Below, piece by piece: positions 8,827-17,937 of a stretch of DNA of 64,000 bases. The notes beneath the pieces were generated by a model, which saw only the letters and a list, made by a program, of their open reading frames with translations, made no database searches and was not told where the DNA came from. The stretch is from Candidatus Falkowbacteria bacterium (GTDB taxonomy: Bacteria > Patescibacteriota > Patescibacteriia > Patescibacteriales > UBA12465): NCBI GenBank assembly GCA_903847415.1, contig CAINDR010000015.1, positions 33,872 through 97,871 of the forward strand, given 5' to 3'. The position numbers were made by a program, and so were the translations under genes. Positions within the stretch are counted from its first letter, which is position 1. Each line of letters opens with the position of its first letter.

Positions 8827-10371
8827 ATGGGTATAAATGTATTTACAAGTCCTTTTGGATCAAATAATGGCAGTACTAACGGAATTTATCCGGTCTTTGG
8901 CAAGTTTGTAGACAGTCAGATTGTCGGTGCTGAGAAATGGAGCGATGGGAGCTATAACACTCAGGGTATTCTTTATCCGAAGTCTTTTCGTACTGCCGAG
9001 CAGACAATCATCGATGGTATGATTTCAACATTAAGTGGTAGTTATGCATCGGACAATACTAAATATGCGATTAATGAAACCAAGAACAAGGTTTTGGGGG
9101 AATTCGTTAGTCAGTATAAGACCTTAAAGAATTTGCAGTTAAAGCAAAGGATGGGCTACAACACTATTCCAGTTTCTTCTTATCAGCCACAGTCATTAAG
9201 AGGTGTGGTGCAATTGTCGGACAGCAAGATTGCGGTTGCTTACGATTGTAATGGTACGGCCTATGTCAGTATTGTTGACGTGACAGGTTTTGGTGACATG
9301 TCTTTTTCGGCTTCAACTTATATGCCTAATGGTTGTATTCACATATTTTACGTAGCACCAAATAAGTTTGGCATTGTGACTGGTAGTGGATTGCAGATTG
9401 CGACGGTATCGGGGCAAACAATTACGTTTGGTACGCACCAAGCGTACAGTTGGAATAACTCAGGATCAATCAATGCTAATTACATCAGCGACAATGTTTT
9501 TGCAGTTTCTTATCAGGATAATAGTTCTTATATTCAAGGCTTGGTTTGTACGGTGGCAGGCACTGTTATTACTATCGGCACACCGCAATTGGTTTCGACT
9601 TCAGCGGCTCATACCAACGGCAATGTGGTTAGTATGGGTGCTGGCAAGGTGTTGTTTAAATACGCACTCAATACTGATTCCAATAATATTAGGTTAAGAT
9701 GTGCGACTTTTTCAGGCACAGTGATGACCTTTGGTGCCGAAGTTGTACTTGCAAACACTACTTATGCTGGGTATTACAGAATAACTCCATTAACGACAGA
9801 TAAGGCATTTATAAGCTATACCTCCAAGGCTTATAATGGCAGTACATATTTTGCTTATGGAGCAATTATAACTACCTCGGGCACGGCTATTACCATTAAT
9901 ACGGGTTGTCCATTATTTGATTTGTCTGCAAATACTGCTAGTAGTATGGCGCTGAGTGCTACCGAGGTTATGTTTTTTGGTAATGGAAAATTGGTTAAAT
10001 TGGGTATATCAGGAACGGTTATTACAATTGATGATAGAGCATCTTTAGACACTTCGTATTCAGGGGACTTTTACAGTGGCAGTTGGAGTTCTCAGAATTT
10101 TTCTGATATCGCTTGCAAAGTAACGGCCGACAAATTTTTAATTGCTAGTTATGGCATAAATAATGCAAGTCAATTTACGCTTGGCATTTATAACAAGATT
10201 TACGCCGAGATTAGAGTTAATGGGGCATTGGTTAGTTCACCGACTTTTTGGTTTAATACGGATTTACTTTTGAACACGGCATTGTCACCGATCAGGAATT
10301 ATATCGCCATTAAAAATTTAACTAGTCAGAGTCAATATTCAATCGAACGATTGATTGTTGAGACTAAATAA
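8827..10371 (+). CDS. Putative receptor-binding/tail fibre protein with beta-propeller-like repeats
   Basis: Ser/Thr/Gly-rich; ~45-55-aa repeats ending VSGQTITFG, VAGTVITIG, FSGTVMTFG, TSGTAITIN, ISGTVITID; last tail gene before lysis. Confidence 0.65.
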   Translation: MGINVFTSPFGSNNGSTNGIYPVFGKFVDSQIVGAEKWSDGSYNTQGILYPKSFRTAEQTIIDGMISTLSGSYASDNTKYAINETKNKVLGEFVSQYKTLKNLQLKQRMGYNTIPVSSYQPQSLRGVVQLSDSKIAVAYDCNGTAYVSIVDVTGFGDMSFSASTYMPNGCIHIFYVAPNKFGIVTGSGLQIATVSGQTITFGTHQAYSWNNSGSINANYISDNVFAVSYQDNSSYIQGLVCTVAGTVITIGTPQLVSTSAAHTNGNVVSMGAGKVLFKYALNTDSNNIRLRCATFSGTVMTFGAEVVLANTTYAGYYRITPLTTDKAFISYTSKAYNGSTYFAYGAIITTSGTAITINTGCPLFDLSANTASSMALSATEVMFFGNGKLVKLGISGTVITIDDRASLDTSYSGDFYSGSWSSQNFSDIACKVTADKFLIASYGINNASQFTLGIYNKIYAEIRVNGALVSSPTFWFNTDLLLNTALSPIRNYIAIKNLTSQSQYSIERLIVETK

Positions 10372-10378
10372 TAAATAT

Positions 10379-10540
10379 ATGGATTATACAAAAGAATTTT
10401 TATTAAGCGTGGCAGTGGTGTTTGTTAGTGCTGGCACAACTGTTGTGCAGAAGGATTTAGTGCAAGGTATTATTTTATTACTCTTGGGTGTAGGCGTGTT
10501 TTTTGGCCGAGGGTTTTATAAGAAATACTTCGGCAATTAA
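10379..10540 (+). CDS. Putative holin (2 TM)
   Basis: 53 aa, two hydrophobic segments, basic C-terminus, upstream of endolysin. Confidence 0.55.
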   Translation: MDYTKEFLLSVAVVFVSAGTTVVQKDLVQGIILLLLGVGVFFGRGFYKKYFGN

Positions 10541-10544
10541 TAGT

Positions 10545-10784
10545 ATGGCAAATAGCAAACTTGATTTAATTATCGACAAAATAAACGATCTTAAAGACGG
10601 CAATTCGCACGAGCATGAGGAGATTAAAAAGCGACTTGATTTGACCAATGGCAATGTAGCTAAAAATACGGCATTCAGAATTGAGGTTTCAACAACGATT
10701 AAAAATCTCAAGTGGCTATTAGGTTTATTGGGTATTGGTAATATCGCCAACCTGATTTACATCATTATTAAATATCAGCGTTAA
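10545..10784 (+). CDS. Coiled-coil plus C-terminal TM lysis-module protein (XhlA/holin-like)
   Basis: MANSKLDLIIDKIND..., TNGNV motif, C-terminal hydrophobic helix, directly before amidase. Confidence 0.55.
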   Translation: MANSKLDLIIDKINDLKDGNSHEHEEIKKRLDLTNGNVAKNTAFRIEVSTTIKNLKWLLGLLGIGNIANLIYIIIKYQR

Positions 10785-10788
10785 ATTT

Positions 10789-11232
10789 ATGCAAAAAATC
10801 AAATACATCATGCTTCATCATTCGGCTGTGTCGCATGAAAAGAATGCTGATCAGTTTGTGGCTAATAATAATTATCACAAGGCTCAGTGGAATTTTAAGA
10901 GTTCGATGGGCTATTATCTTGGATACAATTATGAAATTGCTAAGTCAGGCTTGGTTCGCCAAGCAAGGCGTGATGGTGAGCAAACAGCAGCGTGTTATCA
11001 AAAAAATATGAATAACGGTCAATGCGTTCATATTTGTTTAGATGGTAATTTTGACATAGAAAAGCCAGCACCAGAGCAGATTTATGCTTTACGAGATCTA
11101 GTTAAAAAGTTGGTTAGGACTTACGGTGTTATCAAGGGTAATATTATTTTTCATTCGGCTTATGCTCCAAAGACTTGCCCAGGCAAAAATATTGATATTA
11201 ATTTTGTTAGAGGTTTGGTTGATCAAAAATAG
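10789..11232 (+). CDS. Endolysin, N-acetylmuramoyl-L-alanine amidase (Amidase_2/PGRP-like)
   Basis: YIMLHHSA, GYNYEI, ICLDGNFD, FHS..KTCPG zinc-amidase motifs. Confidence 0.85.
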   Translation: MQKIKYIMLHHSAVSHEKNADQFVANNNYHKAQWNFKSSMGYYLGYNYEIAKSGLVRQARRDGEQTAACYQKNMNNGQCVHICLDGNFDIEKPAPEQIYALRDLVKKLVRTYGVIKGNIIFHSAYAPKTCPGKNIDINFVRGLVDQK

Positions 11233-11310
11233 GGCTAGAATAGCGTGCAACCTTGGCAGAAATGCAGGCTCTTGCCAACCTTTTATTACTACGTTAACGT
11301 CGTCAACAAT

Positions 11311-11490
11311 ATGATAAATATTACAAAAAGACAATTTGAGGCATTTGAAAAAGTGCGACTATCAGGCAGGACTAATATGTTTGATTTTGAAACAGTTTCA
11401 AGGTTTGCGAATGTCGATATCGGTCGAGTTAAGACGATTATTGCCAACTATTCCAAGCTTAAATTTAAGTTTAAAAAAGATGCAGATTAA
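11311..11490 (+). CDS. Small phage protein, DUF5049-like
   Basis: VRLSGRTNMFD motif recalled for DUF5049; ATG 11311. Confidence 0.55.
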   Translation: MINITKRQFEAFEKVRLSGRTNMFDFETVSRFANVDIGRVKTIIANYSKLKFKFKKDAD

Positions 11491-11671
11491 AGAGACTTTA
11501 AAAGATGTTATTCGTAATCGCACCTGCTTATTAGAGGTTATTGGCGAGAATATTGATTTGCATGCCGAAATTTATGCCAATTCTTTTTATAACGGTAAAC
11601 ATAGGACTAAGAAGGAGGTTATAAAAATTGTTATCGATAATTTAAACAATGAACTAGAAAAATATGATTAG
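11480..11671 (+). CDS. Hypothetical phage protein
   Basis: ATG 11480, overlaps both neighbours. Confidence 0.5.
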   Translation: MQIKETLKDVIRNRTCLLEVIGENIDLHAEIYANSFYNGKHRTKKEVIKIVIDNLNNELEKYD

Positions 11672-11990
11672 TGCAAGATTGCAAATTAAACCAGCGACCA
11701 AAGAACAGACTTATAGATCGGGTCGGCTTGGCACAATACATGCCAGCTATGATGAATTGGTAGAGTTATTTGGTGAGCCACATGACTGCACCAAAGATGG
11801 TCAGTGGTTTTCAAGTGATGGTAAGATTAGGGTTGAGTGGGCTTTTGTCATTAAGGGGGATGAAGGTAGGGTATTTACGATATATGATTATAAGAGTCAG
11901 TGGCCACTAGATAAAATCAAGCAGTGGAATTTGGGAGGGAAGGATGTTAAAATTAAGGATTCGCTAGCTTTAATGCTAAAAGTTGAGTAA
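11664..11990 (+). CDS. Hypothetical phage protein
   Basis: ASYDELVELFGEP..DGKIRVEW..FTIYDYK..WNLGG, a recurring small phage protein pattern. Confidence 0.65.
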   Translation: MISARLQIKPATKEQTYRSGRLGTIHASYDELVELFGEPHDCTKDGQWFSSDGKIRVEWAFVIKGDEGRVFTIYDYKSQWPLDKIKQWNLGGKDVKIKDSLALMLKVE

Positions 11991-12008
11991 AAATTAATAA
12001 TTATTACT

Positions 12009-12034
12009 ACCTCACTTATTCGGTGAGGTTTTTT
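12009..12034 (+). terminator. Rho-independent terminator
   Basis: ACCTCAC-ttattcg-GTGAGGT followed by T-tract. Confidence 0.75.
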
Positions 12035-12084
12035 GTTTATCAAAAAATTGGTTTTACTGTAATTTTGACAAATACTGCCATTTT

Positions 12085-12113
12085 TTGACATTAAGCAAAT
12101 TTAGCAGTAAGAT
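12085..12113 (+). promoter_or_regulatory. Sigma70 promoter for HTH/type I R-M operon
   Basis: TTGACA (12085-90), 17 bp spacer, TAAGAT (12108-13). Confidence 0.6.
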
Positions 12114-12145
12114 ATATTTATACAAACTTAGCCTAAAATGATTAT

Positions 12146-12328
12146 ATGGAAAGCAAACAAGACAAACTTTTAACTATTGAAGAGGTGGCAGAAATCTTAA
12201 GAGTTAGCACTAGGTCGGTAATCAGATATATTGAATCAGAGAAGCTAAAAGCTTCAAAAATTGGTGTTTGGAGAATTAAATCTTCTGATGTTGATTTATT
12301 CTTGGAACAGACCAGTAACAAAAGTTAA
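12146..12328 (+). CDS. Excisionase-like HTH_17 DNA-binding protein
   Basis: LLTIEEVAEILRVSTRSVIRYI..LKASKIG.WRI signature. Confidence 0.85.
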   Translation: MESKQDKLLTIEEVAEILRVSTRSVIRYIESEKLKASKIGVWRIKSSDVDLFLEQTSNKS

Positions 12329-12350
12329 TAAAATATTTAAATATTCTTAT

Positions 12351-13928
12351 ATGTCAGAAGAACAAAAAAGATTACTCGAAAAGCAACTTTGGGGAGTAGC
12401 TAACGTGTTGCGTGGCAAGATGAATGCTGATGAATATAAAAACTATATTCTTGGTTTTATATTTTATAAGTATTTATCCGAAAAGCTTGAAAGATACGTT
12501 AACGAAAAATTGCTTGCCAGTGACAATGTTGTTTTTGTTGATATTAATGAAAATACAAAAGAGGGTAAGGAATATATTGAGAATATCGAATCGGCATGTG
12601 TTAGTCACTTGGGTTTCTTTTTAAAACCAACCGAGTTGTTTTCATATCTAGTTAATAAGGGAAAGGGAAATATTGATGGACAAAAAACATTTATTCTTGA
12701 GGACTTAAAAAACATTTTAAACAGTATCGAACAAACTTCGATGGGAACGGCCAGTGAAGATGATTTTAAGGGACTTTTTGACGATGTTGATTTAACCTCA
12801 TCTAAACTGGGATCGAGTGAGAATAAAAAAAATGATGTTATTGTGGAGGTATTGTCCTTGCTTAGCGGAATTGATTTTAAATTAGAAGATGCAAAAAATG
12901 ATTTGCTCGGTGATGCTTATGAGTATTTGATTGGAGAATTCGCAGCTGGAGCAGGCAAAAAGGGCGGTGAATTTTATACTCCAGCTCAAGTATCTCGCTT
13001 GTTAGCACAGATTGTATCTGTAGATAAAAAGCGAGTACGTTCAGTTTTTGATCCCACCTGCGGATCAGGATCTCTTTTGTTGCGTCTTAAAGACTATGTA
13101 GAAGTATCGGATTACTATGGTCAAGAATTAAATCCTACTACTTACAACTTGGCACGCATGAACATGATATTGCATGGAGTTCATTTTGACCACTTTAAAA
13201 TTAAGCAGGGAGATACTTTGACCGAAGACATGCATCCAGATCTTAAAGCTGAGGCGGTGATTGCAAATCCTCCATTTTCCGCAAAGTGGAAAGGAGAAGA
13301 AGATCCACAATTGGCAAATGACGATAGATTCTCGCAGTATGGTAGATTAGCGCCCAAGGGTGCGGCTGATTATGCTTTTATAACACACATGCTTTATCAT
13401 CTTTCTGACAACGGCACTATGGCCATAGTTTTACCCCATGGTGCATTATTTCGTTCAGGAGCAGAAGAACATATAAGAAAATATATTATTGAAAAACAGA
13501 ATTATCTTGATGCTGTTATAGGCTTGCCAGCTAATCTTTTTTATGGAACTAGTATTCCAGCAACAATTTTAGTTTTTAAAAAATGTCGAAAGGATAACGA
13601 AGATATTATATTTATTGACGGATCGAAGGAATTTGAAAGGGGTAAAAATCAAAATAAATTAAGTGATGAAAATATTGCTAAAATTTTTAATACTTATAAA
13701 GATCGTAAGGAAATCGAAAGGTATTCTCATAAGGCTGGCTTGGAAGAAATAAAAGATAATGAATATAATTTAAACATTCCTAGATATATTGATAGTGTTG
13801 AAGCGGAACAGCAAATAAATTTAGAAGATGTGTCTAAAAATTTAAAAGAATTAGGTGTAAATGTATTAGAGATTGAGAATATTATCGAGGGATTTTGCAA
13901 TGAGCTCAAAATAAGTAAACCATTCTAA
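12351..13928 (+). CDS. hsdM: Type I R-M methyltransferase subunit M
   Basis: GEFYTP, DPTCGSGSLL (SAM binding), NPPF (N6-adenine catalytic), LPHGALFR; ATG 12351. Confidence 0.97.
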   Translation: MSEEQKRLLEKQLWGVANVLRGKMNADEYKNYILGFIFYKYLSEKLERYVNEKLLASDNVVFVDINENTKEGKEYIENIESACVSHLGFFLKPTELFSYLVNKGKGNIDGQKTFILEDLKNILNSIEQTSMGTASEDDFKGLFDDVDLTSSKLGSSENKKNDVIVEVLSLLSGIDFKLEDAKNDLLGDAYEYLIGEFAAGAGKKGGEFYTPAQVSRLLAQIVSVDKKRVRSVFDPTCGSGSLLLRLKDYVEVSDYYGQELNPTTYNLARMNMILHGVHFDHFKIKQGDTLTEDMHPDLKAEAVIANPPFSAKWKGEEDPQLANDDRFSQYGRLAPKGAADYAFITHMLYHLSDNGTMAIVLPHGALFRSGAEEHIRKYIIEKQNYLDAVIGLPANLFYGTSIPATILVFKKCRKDNEDIIFIDGSKEFERGKNQNKLSDENIAKIFNTYKDRKEIERYSHKAGLEEIKDNEYNLNIPRYIDSVEAEQQINLEDVSKNLKELGVNVLEIENIIEGFCNELKISKPF

Positions 13929-13931
13929 GAT

Positions 13932-15119
13932 ATGATAGATACAAAGCTAAAAATAAATAATAAAAACTTGTTTCCAGAATTACGATTTCCAGATTTTAAA
14001 GAGCCTTGGCAAAGAAAAAAACTTAATGAAGTTTTCAAAGAAATAACAGAAACTATAGGAGATAGAAATATTGAAACATACAGTGTAACAGCTGGAAAAG
14101 GTTTTGTTAGCCAAAAAGAAAAGTTTGGTAAAAATATATCCGGGCAACAAAATTCTAAATATATTGTTCTTGGGTCTAATGACTTTTCTTATAATAAAGG
14201 TAATTCAAAGACGTATAAGTGTGGTTGCATTTATTTAAACACTGAAGATAGAAAAATAGCTGTGCCAAATGTTTTTATTAGTTTTAGATTAATTGATAAA
14301 AATAATGATGCTTTTTATTTTTCAAAACTTTTTGAATCTCATTATTTAGATATTGGCTTAAGAAAGATTATTTCAAGCACTTCTAGGGCAGATGGGTTGT
14401 TGAATGTAAATAAAAAGAATTTCTTTAATCTTGAAATAATGTTGCCCAGTCAGCCCGAACAAAAAAAGATATCCATTTTTTTATCTACAATTGATAAGTG
14501 GATTGAAAATTTATACAACCAAAAAGTATTTTTGCAAGAATATAAAAAAAGTATTGCCCAGAAGATATTTTCCCAAGAAATTAGATTTAAGGATGATGAT
14601 GGTAACTCTTTTGATGATTGGAAATGGAATAAATTGAGTGATATTTGCACCATTAAAACGGGAAAAAAAGATGTAAATGAAGGTAATCCAAAAGGAGCTT
14701 ACCCTTTTTTTACTTGTGCAAAGAAGCCGACTTATTGTGATAGCTATTCATTTGATTGTGAGGCAATTCTGATTGCCGGCAATGGAGAAGTGGGGCATTG
14801 CCAAAAGTATAGTGGTAAATTTGAAGCATATCAAAGAACTTATGTGTTAAGTAATTTTATGTGTAATTCTGATTATTTATTTGCTTTTTTAAATTCGTTT
14901 TTTCAGATTTATGTAAATAGTAAAAAGCAAACAGGTGCGATGCCTTATATAAAACTTGGGATGCTGGAAAACTACACTATACCTATATTATCTTTATTGG
15001 AGCAACAGAAAATTGCTAACTTTCTAAATTCAATAGATAAATTTATTGAATTAAAAGAAAAGGAGATTGTAAAAGCCGAAGAGTGGAAAGTCGGGTTAAC
15101 ACAAAAATTATTTATATAA
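13932..15119 (+). CDS. hsdS: Type I R-M specificity subunit S
   Basis: PELRFP N-terminus, two TRDs each followed by EQ.KI helical repeats. Confidence 0.95.
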   Translation: MIDTKLKINNKNLFPELRFPDFKEPWQRKKLNEVFKEITETIGDRNIETYSVTAGKGFVSQKEKFGKNISGQQNSKYIVLGSNDFSYNKGNSKTYKCGCIYLNTEDRKIAVPNVFISFRLIDKNNDAFYFSKLFESHYLDIGLRKIISSTSRADGLLNVNKKNFFNLEIMLPSQPEQKKISIFLSTIDKWIENLYNQKVFLQEYKKSIAQKIFSQEIRFKDDDGNSFDDWKWNKLSDICTIKTGKKDVNEGNPKGAYPFFTCAKKPTYCDSYSFDCEAILIAGNGEVGHCQKYSGKFEAYQRTYVLSNFMCNSDYLFAFLNSFFQIYVNSKKQTGAMPYIKLGMLENYTIPILSLLEQQKIANFLNSIDKFIELKEKEIVKAEEWKVGLTQKLFI

Positions 15120-15121
15120 AT

Positions 15122-17920
15122 ATGTCACATCAATCAGAATTACAACTTGAAAAAACCTTGATAAGTCAGCTCGAAAGACTGGGGTTTGAGTCGGTTATCT
15201 TAGAAGACACTAAGTCTTTAGATATAAATTTAAAAACACAGTTGGAAAAGTTTAATAAAACGACTTTTTCAGATTTAGAGTTTTCAAGAATATTAAATCA
15301 TCTTAAAAAAGGGGATAGATTTCATAAAGCAAAAATTCTAAGAGATCGTTTTGTGTTGTCTCGTGACGATGACAGTAAATTTTGGGTGCGTTTCTTTAAT
15401 ATGGAGCAGTGGTGTAAGAATGAATATCAAGTAACCAATCAGATCACAAATGTCGGGCGTTATGAAAATAGATACGATGTCACATTGCTTATAAACGGTT
15501 TACCATTAGTTCATATTGAATTAAAAAGACGTGGAATTGAGATGAAAGAAGCTTTTAATCAGATTCAGCGTTATCACAAGCACTCGTTTACAGGAACGCT
15601 GTTTGAATTCGTTCAGATATTTGTAATTTCTAACGGAGTAAATACTAAATATTTTGCTAATAACCCTAAACAATCATTTGAGCAGACATTTTATTGGACA
15701 GATGAAAAAAATAATAAGATAACTCAACTCGATGAATTTGCTTCAGTCTTTTTGGAAAAATGTTCTGTGTCAAAAACTATTGCAGAATATATAGTGTTGG
15801 CAGAGTCATTGCAAATTCCAATGATACTTCGCCCTTATCAGTATTATGCGGTCAAGGCTATAGAGAATCGTGTAAAAGAATCAGGTAAAAATGGTTATAT
15901 TTGGCATACAACTGGATCTGGAAAAACATTAACATCATACAAGGCCAGTCAAATACTTTCACAAAACCCTGAAATAAAAAAGGTATTATTTGTGGTTGAT
16001 CGTAAGGATTTGGATATTCAGACAACTAAAGAATTTAATTCGTTTTCTGACGGGTCTGTAGATGGCACAAATTATACTAGAAATCTGGTAGCACAATTAA
16101 AAGACCCAAGCAGAAAATTAATTGTGACGACTATCCAGAAATTGGATATTGCGATTGGCAGAGAATCATATCTTAAACAGTTTGAAAGTCTGGCTAACGA
16201 AAAAATAGTTATTATTTTTGATGAGTGTCATCGTAGTCAATTTGGTCAGACTCATGCTCGCATTAAGGGCTTCTTTAAGAAAGCCCAGTTATTTGGTTTT
16301 ACAGGTACGCCTATCTTTGCGGATAATAATGTTGGGGGAGTTACTACTGCCGATGTTTTTGGTGAATGCTTACATAAATATATAATCACTAATGCAATAT
16401 CGGATAATAATGTACTTGGCTTTGCCGTTGAGTATGTTGGCAAATATACTCAGAAAGATCAAAGTACTTTGGATGCAGATATTTTTGCTGAAACATTGGT
16501 TGAGGGTATAGATACTAAGGAAGTTCTAGAAAGTCCGGAAAGATTAAACAAGATCACTGACTATGTTTTAGCTGATTGGAAAAGAAAAACAAAGAACGGT
16601 AAGTTTAACGCTTTGTTTGCAGTTTCCAGTATTGAAGTTTTGAAAAAATATTATACTTTATTTAAGACTAAAAAATCAGACGACCTTAAAATCGCTACTA
16701 TCTTTACTTATCAAGTGAATGAAGATGAAAGCGGAGACATGCTTGATTTTGATGTTTTTGCTGGAGAGGAAGCTACTGGTAATCAGCATTCTAGGAATTT
16801 TTTAGAAGCTTGTATCAAGGATTATAACTTATTATATTCGACCAATTTCTCAACTGATCGCTTTTATGATTATTACAAAGACCTGCAAAAAAGAATTAAG
16901 GATAAAGAGGTTGATTTAGTCTTGGTGGTTAATATGTTTTTGACGGGATTTGATAGTCCAAGACTCAATACACTTTATGTTGATAAAAATTTGCAATATC
17001 ATGGATTAATTCAGGCCTACTCTAGAACTAATAGATTATTGAATTCTGATAAGCCCCACGGGAATGTCGTATCTTTTAGAAATTTAAAAAAGGCTACCGA
17101 CAAAGCTTTAGCACTTTTTGGTGATGAAAATGCTAAAGAAATAGTTTTTAAAAGGCCATACGATGAACAGAAAAAAGAATTTGAAGATAAATTGTCAGAA
17201 TTACGTGAAGCGGTTCCAACTGTTAGTTCTGTTGATTCTTTGCAAAGCGAGGAGGAAAAGGCCGTTTTTGTTAAAACATTTCGTGATTTGCTTCGCATTA
17301 AATCTTCGCTTGAAACATTTTCTGATTTTTCTTTTGGAGATTTAGGAATAAGCGAGCAAGAATTTTATGATTACCAAAGTAAATATTTGGATGTTTACGA
17401 GGATCGAAAAAATGAAGAAAGTACGGCGGAATCAATTCTTGATCAGATTGATTTTGAACTTGAACTTACTGTCCGTGATATTATTAATTTTGATTATATA
17501 ATTCTGTTAATAGCTGGTTTGAAATGCATTACTTCTGATGTGTTGCGAAAAAAGAAAGCAGAAGAAATACTTCGTATTTTTGACAGAGATGTGCAGTTGC
17601 GAAAAAAGAAAGATTTAATTCGCAAATTTATTGAAGAGAACTTGCCAAAAATTAGCAAGATGGATGATGTTGAAAAAGCATTTAATCATTTTTGGACAAG
17701 TGAAAGAGCCGAGGTATTAAAAAAATTAGCTGAAGATGAGAACATTCCTACTGAAAAGATTGAAGGCTTGATTGGTGAATATTTATATACTCAGAAATTA
17801 CCAAGAGAACAAGATATTGCTGATATGCTACCAGTCCAGCCAAAAATCATGGAAAGAAAGGGTATTATAAACAGGATTAAGAATGCAATTGAAAATATCG
17901 TTGATATGTTTGAGTGGTAA
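15122..17920 (+). CDS. hsdR: Type I R-M restriction subunit R
   Basis: YDVTLLINGLPLVHIELK nuclease motif, HTTGSGKT, DECHRS, FTGTP, MFLTGFD, QAYSRTNR. Confidence 0.97.
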   Translation: MSHQSELQLEKTLISQLERLGFESVILEDTKSLDINLKTQLEKFNKTTFSDLEFSRILNHLKKGDRFHKAKILRDRFVLSRDDDSKFWVRFFNMEQWCKNEYQVTNQITNVGRYENRYDVTLLINGLPLVHIELKRRGIEMKEAFNQIQRYHKHSFTGTLFEFVQIFVISNGVNTKYFANNPKQSFEQTFYWTDEKNNKITQLDEFASVFLEKCSVSKTIAEYIVLAESLQIPMILRPYQYYAVKAIENRVKESGKNGYIWHTTGSGKTLTSYKASQILSQNPEIKKVLFVVDRKDLDIQTTKEFNSFSDGSVDGTNYTRNLVAQLKDPSRKLIVTTIQKLDIAIGRESYLKQFESLANEKIVIIFDECHRSQFGQTHARIKGFFKKAQLFGFTGTPIFADNNVGGVTTADVFGECLHKYIITNAISDNNVLGFAVEYVGKYTQKDQSTLDADIFAETLVEGIDTKEVLESPERLNKITDYVLADWKRKTKNGKFNALFAVSSIEVLKKYYTLFKTKKSDDLKIATIFTYQVNEDESGDMLDFDVFAGEEATGNQHSRNFLEACIKDYNLLYSTNFSTDRFYDYYKDLQKRIKDKEVDLVLVVNMFLTGFDSPRLNTLYVDKNLQYHGLIQAYSRTNRLLNSDKPHGNVVSFRNLKKATDKALALFGDENAKEIVFKRPYDEQKKEFEDKLSELREAVPTVSSVDSLQSEEEKAVFVKTFRDLLRIKSSLETFSDFSFGDLGISEQEFYDYQSKYLDVYEDRKNEESTAESILDQIDFELELTVRDIINFDYIILLIAGLKCITSDVLRKKKAEEILRIFDRDVQLRKKKDLIRKFIEENLPKISKMDDVEKAFNHFWTSERAEVLKKLAEDENIPTEKIEGLIGEYLYTQKLPREQDIADMLPVQPKIMERKGIINRIKNAIENIVDMFEW

Positions 17921-17937
17921 TTATTATAAGACGACCT

